Assembly: GCA_964423235.1 (NCBI GenBank)
Contig: CAYREJ010000001.1
Coordinates: 1 to 35,266 of the forward strand
DNA length: 35,266 bases
From: an uncultured Acidobacteriota bacterium
Lineage (GTDB): Bacteria; Acidobacteriota; HRBIN11; MFGW01
Direction of reading: 5' to 3'
The notes beneath the pieces were generated by a model. That model did no database searches. It was not told the DNA's origin and was given only the letters and a program-made list of their open reading frames with translations. Position 1 is the stretch's first letter, and every line of letters begins with the position of its first letter. Position numbers and translations under genes: made by a program. This document shows, piece after piece, positions 8,477 to 17,212 of the stretch.

Positions 8477-10621
8477 TTACCTTCTCTTTGTATCTCCTAT
8501 ATTTAGAATTCTATCTTTTAGCATTGTATATCTTTTTTCCGAAGAAGTATTATCAATAGCGTATTTCAAAGCTTCTTCTTCTCCTATAATGATTAGCATT
8601 TTTTTTGCTCTTGATATGGCTGTATAGAGCCAATTCCTATATAGCATTAAACGGTGTTCTTTGAATAATAATATAATCACTAAATCAAATTCACTGCCTT
8701 CTGCTTTATGAGCCGAAATTGCATAAGCTAATGTAATTTCCTCCAATTCATAGCTCTCATACTTTATTACATTATCATAATAATTCACGAAAATTTTTTT
8801 ATTATCTTCATCAATGGATTTAATATAGCCAATTTCGCCATTAAATATATTTTTCTCGTAATTATTTTTAACTTGCATTACCTTATCACCTTCTCTGAAT
8901 TTTCCAAGCGATTTTTTATTATCATTCATAGGATTAAGTGCTTCTTGAAGAACTTGATTTAAATTATCTATCCCAGAAATTCCTTTATACATAGGAGAAA
9001 TAATTTGAATGTCTCTTATAGAATCATTTTTAAATAATTTAGGAATCTTCTCTTTAATTATTTTTATAAGTAAATTAATGGAGCGGTTCCTATCTTTACA
9101 AGGGATAAAATAAAAATCGCCATTATTGCCTTTTTTGGTAATCATATATGGCATAGAGCCATTGTTAACATGGTGAGCTCCTTGAATTATGAGAGAATTT
9201 TCTGCTTGTCTATAAATCTTTTTTAAAAAGCAGCAGGGAATTTTATTACTTTCAATTAGATCTTTAAGAACTTCACCCGGTCCAACGCTGGGTAATTGAT
9301 CTTTATCTCCAATAAGGATCAACTGTGCCGAAGGATGCATTGCTTGCAAAATAGCATGAAATAATTGAATATCTATCATACTTGCTTCATCAATAATTAT
9401 AGAATGAGCTTTCAATATATTTTGAGCATTACGTAAGAATCTATTATGTTCAGGACTATATTCTAATAATCTATGTATGGTTTTTGCAGGGTGCAGCGTT
9501 AATTCTTCTAATCTTTTTGCAGCTCTTCCAGTAGGAGCTGCTAAAAGATACTTAACATTCAAGCGATCATAAATTTCAAGTAAGCATTTTAAAATTGTTG
9601 TCTTGCCAGTACCTGGACCTCCTGTAATAATAAAAATTCTATTTTTTAGCGCTTCCTTTATTGCTTTAATTTGATCTTCATTTAATTCTATTTTATTTTT
9701 TTCTTGAGCAAATTTTATTAATTCATCAATGGAATTTATATTTTTTAAGAATCCTCCTAATCTTTTATTTAACTCAGAAGCAATTTCTTCTTCTGCATAC
9801 CATAAGGAAGGAAAATAAATAGCTTCTTTTTCCTGAATTAATTTTTTTAAATAGCATAATTCTTCTAAACTATCTTTGCAAAGTTCTTTGCTAACATCTA
9901 ATAAAGCAGCAGTATTGCTTATTAAAATTTCTTTAGGCAAGAATACATTCCCATCCTCTTGAGATTCCGATAGAATGTAATTCAATCCGGCTTTAATTCT
10001 TTCAGGATGATCTTTCTGAAAACCTAAATGCGATGCAATTTTATCAGCAGTAAGAAATCCTATTCCCCAGACTTCTTCTGCTAACCGATAAGGATTATTT
10101 TTAATGATATTAATTGATTCTGAACCATATTTTTTATGAACCCTGACTGCTAAACTAAAAGGTAGTTCATATTTAGAGAAGAAGAGAGATAATTCTTTTA
10201 ATGATTGTTGCTCAGACAGAGCTTTTCGGATTAAAGCAGCTCTTTTTTCTCCTATGCCTGGAACTTCTAATAAAATATTTTCGTTCTCTTGAATTTTTTT
10301 AATCGCATCCTCACCCAAGTAATCGACGATAAGAGATGCTAATTTCTTCCGAATACCCGGAATGAAACCGGAAGATAAAAAATTTATCATACTTTTTCTG
10401 TCATCAGGTAATTCAAGAGAATATTCAGTAATCCTAAATTGTTCTCCATATTCGGGGTGCTTATACCATTCCCCTCTGATTCTCAATCTGTCTCCTGATC
10501 TAATACTGGAAAATGTTCCTGATATTACAAAAACCCTCTTTTCAACTTCTTCTTGAACTTCAGCAACTGAAAAACCATTTCCTTCATTTCGAAATATTAC
10601 ACTTCTTACAGCTACAAGCAT
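8477..10621 (-). CDS. recD2: SF1B ATP-dependent DNA helicase, RecD2 (RecD/TraA) family
   Basis: 714 aa. Walker A GGPGTGKTT, IIIDEASMI, LIGDKDQLPSVGPG, C-terminal AISAHKAEGSEF. N-terminal OB plus HhH segments as in RecD2/YrrC. Confidence 0.9.
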   Translation of the reverse strand: MLVAVRSVIFRNEGNGFSVAEVQEEVEKRVFVISGTFSSIRSGDRLRIRGEWYKHPEYGEQFRITEYSLELPDDRKSMINFLSSGFIPGIRKKLASLIVDYLGEDAIKKIQENENILLEVPGIGEKRAALIRKALSEQQSLKELSLFFSKYELPFSLAVRVHKKYGSESINIIKNNPYRLAEEVWGIGFLTADKIASHLGFQKDHPERIKAGLNYILSESQEDGNVFLPKEILISNTAALLDVSKELCKDSLEELCYLKKLIQEKEAIYFPSLWYAEEEIASELNKRLGGFLKNINSIDELIKFAQEKNKIELNEDQIKAIKEALKNRIFIITGGPGTGKTTILKCLLEIYDRLNVKYLLAAPTGRAAKRLEELTLHPAKTIHRLLEYSPEHNRFLRNAQNILKAHSIIIDEASMIDIQLFHAILQAMHPSAQLILIGDKDQLPSVGPGEVLKDLIESNKIPCCFLKKIYRQAENSLIIQGAHHVNNGSMPYMITKKGNNGDFYFIPCKDRNRSINLLIKIIKEKIPKLFKNDSIRDIQIISPMYKGISGIDNLNQVLQEALNPMNDNKKSLGKFREGDKVMQVKNNYEKNIFNGEIGYIKSIDEDNKKIFVNYYDNVIKYESYELEEITLAYAISAHKAEGSEFDLVIILLFKEHRLMLYRNWLYTAISRAKKMLIIIGEEEALKYAIDNTSSEKRYTMLKDRILNIGDTKRR

Positions 10622-10624
10622 ATC

Positions 10625-12190
10625 TTATATATCATTATTTATTTTATCTTCTGGAAAAATGATTAATTCTTTAACTTCTTCTGATGTTAATATCCTTTTT
10701 TTCTTTAATTTCATATTCTCTAAATCTTCAATTACATAATAACTAAACTCAAAAAAGGAAACTATAAATTTCTTCTTGGAAGGTTCAAGATTCCTATCAA
10801 GAGTCTCTTTATATGCATCATAACAAATCTTAGATAGAAAATCTTTTCCGTTTTTATAATAGAAATAGCTGTTTACCAAAAGCTTGAATGCTAAAAATCT
10901 AAGTCTTTTCTCCGTCCAATATTCATTGAGAAATGCCCTAATTAATTCTCGCTTTTTTTCTTTTAATTGTTCTTTTGTAAATTTTATTGCAGCAAATTTA
11001 TCATTTAAATATAATAACCTATTTCGTAAAGATCTTATAAGATTTGGTTTCATACACCATGCTAAAAATAACTTATCATTAAAAAGATTATTATAATAGT
11101 ATTGATATAAAATTAAATTATCTTCTCCGTAAATATTTCTCAATGGATTTCTTCCGCGTTTATCGTATTTTACTAATAACGCGGGTAGGTATTTTTCTAA
11201 TTCTTCTGGTAATGCTATATTCTTTTTCTTATGACTTTTAATTACTAAGTTAATAAAATGCAAAACGAAAGATGGATCAATCTCAAAAATATTTATATGA
11301 TTCCCTGAAAACCTTCTTTCTATCTTCTTTATTAATATTTCTTGCTTCTCCTGCTTCACAGTATTTACAAAAGCTTCTTTTATTCTTAAATTATGTAATA
11401 AAATTAAAAAATATATATACTGTTCAGTATTCGGCAAATAATTCATAATGATTATAAATGTAAAATCATATGAAAGGCAGGGGGTCATCCACGCTTTGTA
11501 TATCTTAGCTATCTCAGCTTCATCTAAAAAATTTTGCCTCTTGTTTTTAACTTGATTTTCTATTACATATTTTATTTTCTTTAATTCTTTAATTTTTTCT
11601 TTAGGAATATCCTTCTTTAAAATATTTTCTATGATTTCAATAGTGTCAATAATAGAATGCTCTTTTAATAGCCTTAATAAAATTTCATCAAATCTATTTT
11701 CTTTTCCATAGTAAGAAAATAGCCATTCTGCTTGTTTTATATTACCATCTATATAATCTCGCACATATTTTTCTATTAAATCAATATGATTTTTGATAAT
11801 ATTGTTGAAGAAATCTTCAGAAAATTTTTCCTCTTCAAAACTCCTCAATATAGCCCAATGTTTTTTCCGGCTTTCTTCTATAGCAGCAAAGATTTCGCTC
11901 TTCATAAAATACTCATTTTGATTTATTTTGTTTATTATTATCTCTTTATATGGAAAATAAATGTTAGGGCATAATATGATTTCTCTGAAAAAAGAATTGC
12001 GAAGATTTTCATCAGCGCAGCTAAATGCATCAATAAGCTTCATAAAACTTTCTTTATCTAATTCTTTTGCCAAAGAAACTGACTTCGCTATTGCTTGCTC
12101 TTCTCCAACTTCTAAAATTAATGAAAGAAGTTTTTCCTTGTCTAATTCTTTCTCCTTAAGTAATTTTTTTATATTTTTCTCTTTTTTCAT
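10625..12190 (-). CDS. Hypothetical protein, 521 aa, Lys/Glu/Ile-rich, predicted all-helical, no recognisable motif
   Basis: Long uninterrupted ORF with ATG start, 3 nt upstream of recD2 and 17 nt downstream of the DUF2007 gene. I found no catalytic or nucleotide-binding motif by eye. Confidence 0.7.
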   Translation of the reverse strand: MKKEKNIKKLLKEKELDKEKLLSLILEVGEEQAIAKSVSLAKELDKESFMKLIDAFSCADENLRNSFFREIILCPNIYFPYKEIIINKINQNEYFMKSEIFAAIEESRKKHWAILRSFEEEKFSEDFFNNIIKNHIDLIEKYVRDYIDGNIKQAEWLFSYYGKENRFDEILLRLLKEHSIIDTIEIIENILKKDIPKEKIKELKKIKYVIENQVKNKRQNFLDEAEIAKIYKAWMTPCLSYDFTFIIIMNYLPNTEQYIYFLILLHNLRIKEAFVNTVKQEKQEILIKKIERRFSGNHINIFEIDPSFVLHFINLVIKSHKKKNIALPEELEKYLPALLVKYDKRGRNPLRNIYGEDNLILYQYYYNNLFNDKLFLAWCMKPNLIRSLRNRLLYLNDKFAAIKFTKEQLKEKKRELIRAFLNEYWTEKRLRFLAFKLLVNSYFYYKNGKDFLSKICYDAYKETLDRNLEPSKKKFIVSFFEFSYYVIEDLENMKLKKKRILTSEEVKELIIFPEDKINNDI

Positions 12191-12207
12191 TGATTCTGCT
12201 CCATATC

Positions 12208-12447
12208 TTATTTAATTATCCTTACGCCTTTTTTTAAATCTTTCAAGAGGTTCTTTGCGTCTTGTGCATATTTAGCGGGGACAGCAATTTGTATTTTCCC
12301 AAGCCCATTTATAGTAAAAGGCAAAATATCAGGGACTTCTCTAATAAGTCGGCAGGGAATCTCATAGCCATTTAAAAGATTCTTGATCAAAGAGGCTTCC
12401 CAGGGAGCCCAAGCTATGTATATAATTTCTTCAGCACCATTTTCCAT
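12208..12447 (-). CDS. DUF2007-like small protein (putative signal-transducing, PII-like fold)
   Basis: 79 aa. The pattern IYIAWAPWEASLIKNLLNGYEIPCRL...IQIAVPAKYAQDAKNLL resembles DUF2007. Confidence 0.6.
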   Translation of the reverse strand: MENGAEEIIYIAWAPWEASLIKNLLNGYEIPCRLIREVPDILPFTINGLGKIQIAVPAKYAQDAKNLLKDLKKGVRIIK

Positions 12448-12799
12448 ATCAAATTATATCATAAAAAGATGAATAAGAGAAAATTTGAACATTGAAAGAT
12501 TTCAATAATTTTCTTTTATCTCAATTATGCATAAATAAGTTGGGAAATTGGCTAAATGAATATTCATTTACTGAATTTGCAATGCAAGCAGGCAATAAAG
12601 CATTTTAGGTATCTTCGATAATATCAGAACTTGCAGGCAAGCCTATGGTATTTTCAGCAGCTGAGGTAAGAGCAAAAAGCAGGTGTAAGTCAAAGAAGAG
12701 CTATTATAGAGATGTTGAAGATATATGCAATAATTTAACAATAGGAGCTTTGCTGAAGGAAGTTAAACTACCACCGAGCCAAAGAATGATAATCATAAA

Positions 12800-12828
12800 T
12801 TGATTACATTTTATAAATAAAGTAAAAT
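12800..12828 (+). promoter_or_regulatory. Candidate sigma70 promoter, TTGATT-N17-TAAAAT, 6 nt from the ATG (leaderless geometry)
   Basis: TTGATT 12800-12805, TAAAAT 12823-12828, ATG at 12835, no SD. AT-rich context raises the false-positive risk. Confidence 0.35.
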
Positions 12829-12834
12829 AATAAA

Positions 12835-13341
12835 ATGAAAAGGATATTTATAGGATTGCTTATAATAACAATAAGTTATTCATCTCTAACTTTTGCTTTG
12901 GAGAAGGCACCAAGAATAAGCGACAGGGAGATTTTGGAGAGGTTAATCCGACTGGAGGAAGGACAAAAGAATCTCGAAAAGCGAATTGATGATATAAACA
13001 AACGAATAGATGCTCTGGAAGCATCTCTCAATAAGAGAATAGATGATACCAATAAGAGAATAGATGATACCAATAAGAGAATAGATGCTCTGGAAGCATC
13101 TCTCAATAAGAGAATAGATGATGTTCGTTCAGAAATAAACAGCAGATTTGACACTATGCAATGGATGCTCGGCTTATTTATTACTATAGCACTTGTAATC
13201 CTTGGATTTGTTTTAAGAATGCAGTGGCAAATGCACAAAAGACAAACTAAAATAGAAGCAGTCCTTGAGACCCAAAGGGACGAACTTGCCTTTATAAGGC
13301 GGCTTGTAGAAAAGCTCCTACCTCCTAAAGCTGCTCTATAG
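12835..13341 (+). CDS. Coiled-coil membrane protein with NKRIDD heptad repeats (signal peptide plus C-terminal TM helix)
   Basis: 168 aa. N-terminal hydrophobic MKRIFIGLLIITISYSSLTFA, repeated KRIDD(T/I)N / KRIDALEASLN modules, TM segment WMLGLFITIALVILGFVL. Confidence 0.75.
   Translation: MKRIFIGLLIITISYSSLTFALEKAPRISDREILERLIRLEEGQKNLEKRIDDINKRIDALEASLNKRIDDTNKRIDDTNKRIDALEASLNKRIDDVRSEINSRFDTMQWMLGLFITIALVILGFVLRMQWQMHKRQTKIEAVLETQRDELAFIRRLVEKLLPPKAAL
13004..13122 (+). repeat. In-frame tandem repeats inside the coiled-coil gene
   Basis: An identical 44-mer gaatagatgctctggaagcatctctcaataagagaatagatgat occurs at 13004-13047 and 13079-13122. The copies are separated by 21-nt units accaataagagaatagatgat. 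Confidence 0.85.
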
Positions 13342-13401
13342 AACCTCGCATTAATTAAGATGCTATATGAAATCCTCACTAAATTTTCATAAAGAAAATA
13401 A

Positions 13402-13452
13402 CCCTCAGACCTCTGTTTTTATGTTCATTCTTTCTCCTCTGTGTTTATCCTC
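13402..13452. repeat. Copy of the CTYTGTG heptad repeat family
   Basis: cctcagacctctgtttttatgttcattctttctcctctgtgtttatcctc, between the coiled-coil gene and the GT2 promoter. Confidence 0.5.
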
Positions 13453-13470
13453 TTAAAAAATTTAATTGTA

Positions 13471-13499
13471 TTGAAATTGGTTAAGCTATCCTTTATAAT
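13471..13499 (+). promoter_or_regulatory. Sigma70 promoter TTGAAA-N17-TATAAT for the GT2 gene
   Basis: TTGAAA 13471-13476, TATAAT 13494-13499, GGAG at 13503-13506, ATG at 13514. Confidence 0.55.
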
Positions 13500-13513
13500 T
13501 TAGGAGTTATTAA

Positions 13514-14254
13514 ATGAAGTTAGCTGATATTGGTGTTTATATTATAACATTCAATGAAGAAAAAAGTATTGAGAAGAGTTTAGAGAGCGTGAAGTGGGCT
13601 GAAGAAATAATAATAGTAGATTCAAAAAGCAGCGATAATACTCGGGAGATTGCTAAAAAATACACTGATAATATATATATAAAAGAATTTTATGGTTATG
13701 GTGAACAAAAGAATTATGCTTTGTCTTTAATAAGCAAGCCATGGGCTTTAAATATAGATGCTGATGAAGTTATTTCAGAGAAATTAATAAAAGAAATAGA
13801 AGATTTAGAAGATGTTTTGGTGAATGGTTTTTATATCCCAAGAAGAAATTATTATTTAGGAAAGCCGATAAGATTTTGTGGATGGTATCCGGATTATAAA
13901 TTAAGATTACATAGGAGAGGTAAAAGTAAATGGAGCAATTCCTTAGTTCATGAATCTTTGATGATTGAAGGGGAAGCCGGCTATCTATATAATGAAATTT
14001 TGCATTTTACTTATAATGATATTTATTCTCATATAGAGCGATTGTATAATTATGCAAAGCTTAGCTCATCAATGCTTAAAAAGAAAAAAAAGAAAATCTA
14101 TCCTTTCCAATTAATTTTAATTCCTTTTTTGGTTTTTTTAAAGAAATTCATAATTCAACTGGGATTTCTTGAAGGATATAGAGGAGTATTAATCAGCATG
14201 ATGGAAAGTTATTATTCATTTTTGAAGTATGCGATGGCAAGTTATGATGCTTGA
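13514..14254 (+). CDS. Family 2 glycosyltransferase (LPS-core WaaE/KdtX-like)
   Basis: 246 aa. IITFNEEKSIEKSL, IIIVDSKSSDNT, NIDADE (DxD region), C-terminal hydrophobic tail. Confidence 0.85.
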   Translation: MKLADIGVYIITFNEEKSIEKSLESVKWAEEIIIVDSKSSDNTREIAKKYTDNIYIKEFYGYGEQKNYALSLISKPWALNIDADEVISEKLIKEIEDLEDVLVNGFYIPRRNYYLGKPIRFCGWYPDYKLRLHRRGKSKWSNSLVHESLMIEGEAGYLYNEILHFTYNDIYSHIERLYNYAKLSSSMLKKKKKKIYPFQLILIPFLVFLKKFIIQLGFLEGYRGVLISMMESYYSFLKYAMASYDA

Positions 14255-14265
14255 TTTATTAAGCT

Positions 14266-14456
14266 ATTAGCGAGTTAACAAATTGGCGAATTAGCCACGC
14301 TTTTTTCATTTAGCTTATCGCATTTTTCTGTTAACTATTACCTATCATTCTTTTTGTGTTCTTTGTGCCTTCTTTGTGCACTTTGTGGTTAATTTCATCG
14401 CAATTGATTTATTATAATATTAACGACTTAGATTTTAGAACTCACTAACTCGTAAT
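14266..14456. repeat. 191-bp MITE-like element with ATTA(G)CGAGTTA terminal inverted repeats and a CTTTGTG heptad core
   Basis: Left attagcgagtta 14266-14277. Right taactcgtaat 14446-14456 (rc attacgagtta). Core 14348-14395 is ttctttttgtgttctttgtgccttctttgtgcactttgtggttaattt. Confidence 0.6.
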
Positions 14457-14523
14457 AAAATAATAAATCTTTTCGATATAAAAATTACCGTGGGCTTCTG
14501 AACTATTAGCAGGAACATCCAGG

Positions 14524-15045
14524 TTATTTTACTGCAATGCTGCCTGCTGCTTTAAATTTTGAATAATCTCCTAATTTCTTTGAGTATATAATCTTTGAAT
14601 CACCAGGAGCATAAAAATCTTCTATTATTGCTATCTGCTTATATCCTAAACTTTCATAAAACTTTCTTGTCTTTTGATATGATAATTTAGATGAAGTCTC
14701 TATAAGAATGAATTCACCTTTTGATTTTGCAATCTCGTTTTCCGCATAAATCAGCAGCTTGCTTCCTATCCCTTTCCCTTGTGCAGATTTTCTTACAGCA
14801 ATCCAATAGATCTCGTAAGTAGAATAGCTTAAAGGAGCTTTTCCAAAAGCTATGAATGCGTCCGGCATAAAGTAATTATTTTTATCAGCAGCAACATAAA
14901 TTCTGTAAGTTGAAGCTTTATTATTAAAATAATCATCTACTACTTCCATAGCTATATTTACTTCTTCTTGTGTAAAAGAATTAGTGGAGAAAAGGATTTC
15001 TTTAATATAAATTTTATCAGAAGGATTTGCTGTTCTTATAATCAT
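14524..15045 (-). CDS. GNAT family N-acetyltransferase
   Basis: Acetyl-CoA motif A VRKSAQGKGIGSKLL. Start chosen at the ATG at 15045 (GGTGA SD, 4 nt after the upstream stop). The track start at 15108 is a TTG overlapping the upstream gene. Confidence 0.85.
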   Translation of the reverse strand: MIIRTANPSDKIYIKEILFSTNSFTQEEVNIAMEVVDDYFNNKASTYRIYVAADKNNYFMPDAFIAFGKAPLSYSTYEIYWIAVRKSAQGKGIGSKLLIYAENEIAKSKGEFILIETSSKLSYQKTRKFYESLGYKQIAIIEDFYAPGDSKIIYSKKLGDYSKFKAAGSIAVK

Positions 15046-15049
15046 AAAA

Positions 15050-16084
15050 TCACCATCCATTATTGAGCATACGAAGATATGCTCTTTTTTTATTATGAGC
15101 TTTATCAATTAAAAATTTTATAAAATCATTATAATTTTTCCCAGAGGCTTTCCAGGACCTGGCAAAGCCAGCATGGGGAGATATATCAGGATTACAATTT
15201 ACTTCTATGATATAAGGGTTGTTTCTTTCATCAAGTCTTATATCCACTCTCGCATAATCTTGACATTTGCAAATCTTAAAAGCTTTTATAGCAATTTCTT
15301 TTATGTAGTCTTCAATTTTAATGTCTAGAACAGCAGGACAAATCGCAGGCGTTTGTTTCTCTTCCCAACTATCTTTAATCCATTTAGCTTTATATGATAC
15401 TATCTTAGGAGTATCTGCAGGAAAGTTTTCAAAGATTATTTCAGAAAGAGGTAAAACATTAATTTCTTCATCTTCAACAATTGCTACATTTATTTCTCTT
15501 CCATTAATATATTCTTCTATAATGGCTGGTTGATTGAATTTATCAATCACCCTTTTAATTTCTTTCAACAATTCTTTTGGATTATAAACAACTGATGTGC
15601 TTTCAACACCTACGCTTGCATCTTCATATTGCGGCTTAACTATTAATGGAAAAATTAAATCTTCAGGCAGATTAGCTCCATCACTATTTGTGAAATATCT
15701 TGGAACCGGAAGCCCATTCAACGATAAAACATTTTTTGTATAAGCTTTATCAGTAGTTAATAAAATTGCATAAGAATTTGAACCTGTATAAGGAATATTC
15801 AATAATTCCAAAACAGCTGGTATCTTGTATTGCTCCATATTCTTCCCATTAAAACTTTCACATAAATTTATTATGCAATGCCATTCCTTTTCTATAAGCA
15901 TTTTCATAATTTCAGATGTATTGGAAGAAAGAATCGGTAGTTCAATATAATCATAATTAAGAATTTTTAAACTCTCTTCCACAGCTTTAACTTCATCCAT
16001 AACTCCCATCGTTGCTTCGTAGTCAATGCTATTTTCTTTTACTTCTGGCTTATTATAAAGTATTCCTATTAGTACTTTTTTCAT
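15050..16084 (-). CDS. ATP-grasp ligase, D-Ala-D-Ala-ligase-like family (not a canonical Ddl)
   Basis: 344 aa. PLIVKPQYEDASVGV, EEYINGREINV, ARVDIRLDERNNPYIIEVNCNPDIS. Lacks the N-terminal GGxSxEHEVS motif of true Ddl. Confidence 0.85.
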   Translation of the reverse strand: MKKVLIGILYNKPEVKENSIDYEATMGVMDEVKAVEESLKILNYDYIELPILSSNTSEIMKMLIEKEWHCIINLCESFNGKNMEQYKIPAVLELLNIPYTGSNSYAILLTTDKAYTKNVLSLNGLPVPRYFTNSDGANLPEDLIFPLIVKPQYEDASVGVESTSVVYNPKELLKEIKRVIDKFNQPAIIEEYINGREINVAIVEDEEINVLPLSEIIFENFPADTPKIVSYKAKWIKDSWEEKQTPAICPAVLDIKIEDYIKEIAIKAFKICKCQDYARVDIRLDERNNPYIIEVNCNPDISPHAGFARSWKASGKNYNDFIKFLIDKAHNKKRAYLRMLNNGW

Positions 16085-16191
16085 AAATAACTTCTCGACT
16101 AAAGGTTCATAAATCTAGTGCATTTAGCATTTTAGGATTTCCTAATAAGAATTTCGCTCTATTTTTCATAGCAGTTACTTCTGCTGGATAT

Positions 16192-17190
16192 TTATAAAGG
16201 CTGGAGATTATATCTCCGACATGCTAATTCAATTATTTCTCTGATTAAACTTTCATAGCTGCGGCCAACCATAGAACCTATTATTGGTAAATCACTATGT
16301 GTAGGATGTAATCCTGGTAATGGATTTATTTCAAGAAAATATGGATTATCTTCTTCATCACACCTTATATCTACTCTGGCTGTATCTCTGCATTCTATCG
16401 CTTTGTAAACCCTTAAAGATAAATCAGCAATTCTTTTCCATAAATTATCATTTTTATCTGAAAAATGCCGATAAATAACTTTTCTTTCACATTCTTCTTT
16501 TGCTACATAAGTATAAATATTCCTTTGACTACTATCATTGATTATAACCTCCATTATTCCTAAAACATATGGATCTTCATTTCCTAATATAGCTACAGTA
16601 AATTCTCTACCTGCTAAATATTTTTCAACTAAAACCGGCTGCCTGTATAATTTCATAATCAGCTTAATTTGCTCAACCAGCTTGCTAAAATTGTCTACTA
16701 CTGAATTCTCAGTTATCCCTTTCGCAGTTCCTTCATAGAGAGGTTTTACAAATAAAGGGAAACTATCAGCTGGTATATTTTCTAATTCTTCTAATTTAGT
16801 AATTTTCCAGTAAGGAAGGAAAGAGATTCCATTAATCTCAGCTATTTTTTTGCATAAGTATTTATCCAAGGAAATAGCCATTGTTAAGGCATCTGAAAAA
16901 GTATATGGAATATTTAATAATTCACAAATAGATGGCACTTGAGATTCTCTCCATCTACCTTGTACACCTTCCGCTATATTAAAGATTAAATCCACATCTT
17001 CTAACAGCTGGTAATTATGAATTAGATTTAAGGGATTCCCGATATCTACTACATCATAACCTAAGCTTCTAATAGTATTAGTTAAATGGAGGATTGTACT
17101 TTCAGAATCCCACTCAGCGTCTGCATCAATAGGGTCTTCCGGTTGTCTGGGAAAGTATTTTCTTAAATTATATACCAATCCTATTTTCAT
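16192..17190 (-). CDS. ATP-grasp ligase, D-Ala-D-Ala-ligase-like family (paralogue of the downstream gene)
   Basis: 332 aa. PLFVKPLYEGTAKGI, EKYLAGREFTV, ARVDIRCDEEDNPYFLEINPLPGL. The same N-terminal LVYN...D.E.DS layout as its neighbour. Confidence 0.85.
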   Translation of the reverse strand: MKIGLVYNLRKYFPRQPEDPIDADAEWDSESTILHLTNTIRSLGYDVVDIGNPLNLIHNYQLLEDVDLIFNIAEGVQGRWRESQVPSICELLNIPYTFSDALTMAISLDKYLCKKIAEINGISFLPYWKITKLEELENIPADSFPLFVKPLYEGTAKGITENSVVDNFSKLVEQIKLIMKLYRQPVLVEKYLAGREFTVAILGNEDPYVLGIMEVIINDSSQRNIYTYVAKEECERKVIYRHFSDKNDNLWKRIADLSLRVYKAIECRDTARVDIRCDEEDNPYFLEINPLPGLHPTHSDLPIIGSMVGRSYESLIREIIELACRRYNLQPL

Positions 17191-17212
17191 GTTATTTTAA
17201 TTATAAAAGTAG

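Noticed and set aside
8477-10621. RecD-like helicase as the core of an anti-phage defence system
   Set aside because: The domain order and motifs match housekeeping RecD2/YrrC. No nuclease, methylase, ATPase partner or mobile-element context surrounds it.
12740-12780. SRP RNA-like GAAGGAAG motif in the 387-bp gap
   Set aside because: The flanking conserved AGCAGC and symmetric-loop sequences of SRP domain IV are absent, and no extended helix can be drawn.
12876-13379. 167-aa minus-strand ORF in the track
   Set aside because: It is antisense to the repeat-rich coiled-coil gene. The sequence is low-complexity (SILLL repeats), an artefact of the sense-strand repeats, and there is no SD or promoter.
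14084-14091. A8 homopolymer inside the GT2 gene as a phase-variation switch
   Set aside because: It encodes a Lys run (KKKKKK) in a linker. Runs of this length are common in a ~30% GC genome, and I cannot see any evidence of length variation.
14524-17190. Microviridin/graspetide-type RiPP cluster (two ATP-grasp ligases plus GNAT mimics mdnB/mdnC/mdnD)
   Set aside because: The ligases carry Ddl-type motifs rather than the RimK/MdnB/MdnC type. No plausible precursor with a Thr/Ser/Asp/Glu/Lys core is present. The adjacent kamA points to small-molecule beta-lysine chemistry. The idea survives only as the low-interest small-ORF note.
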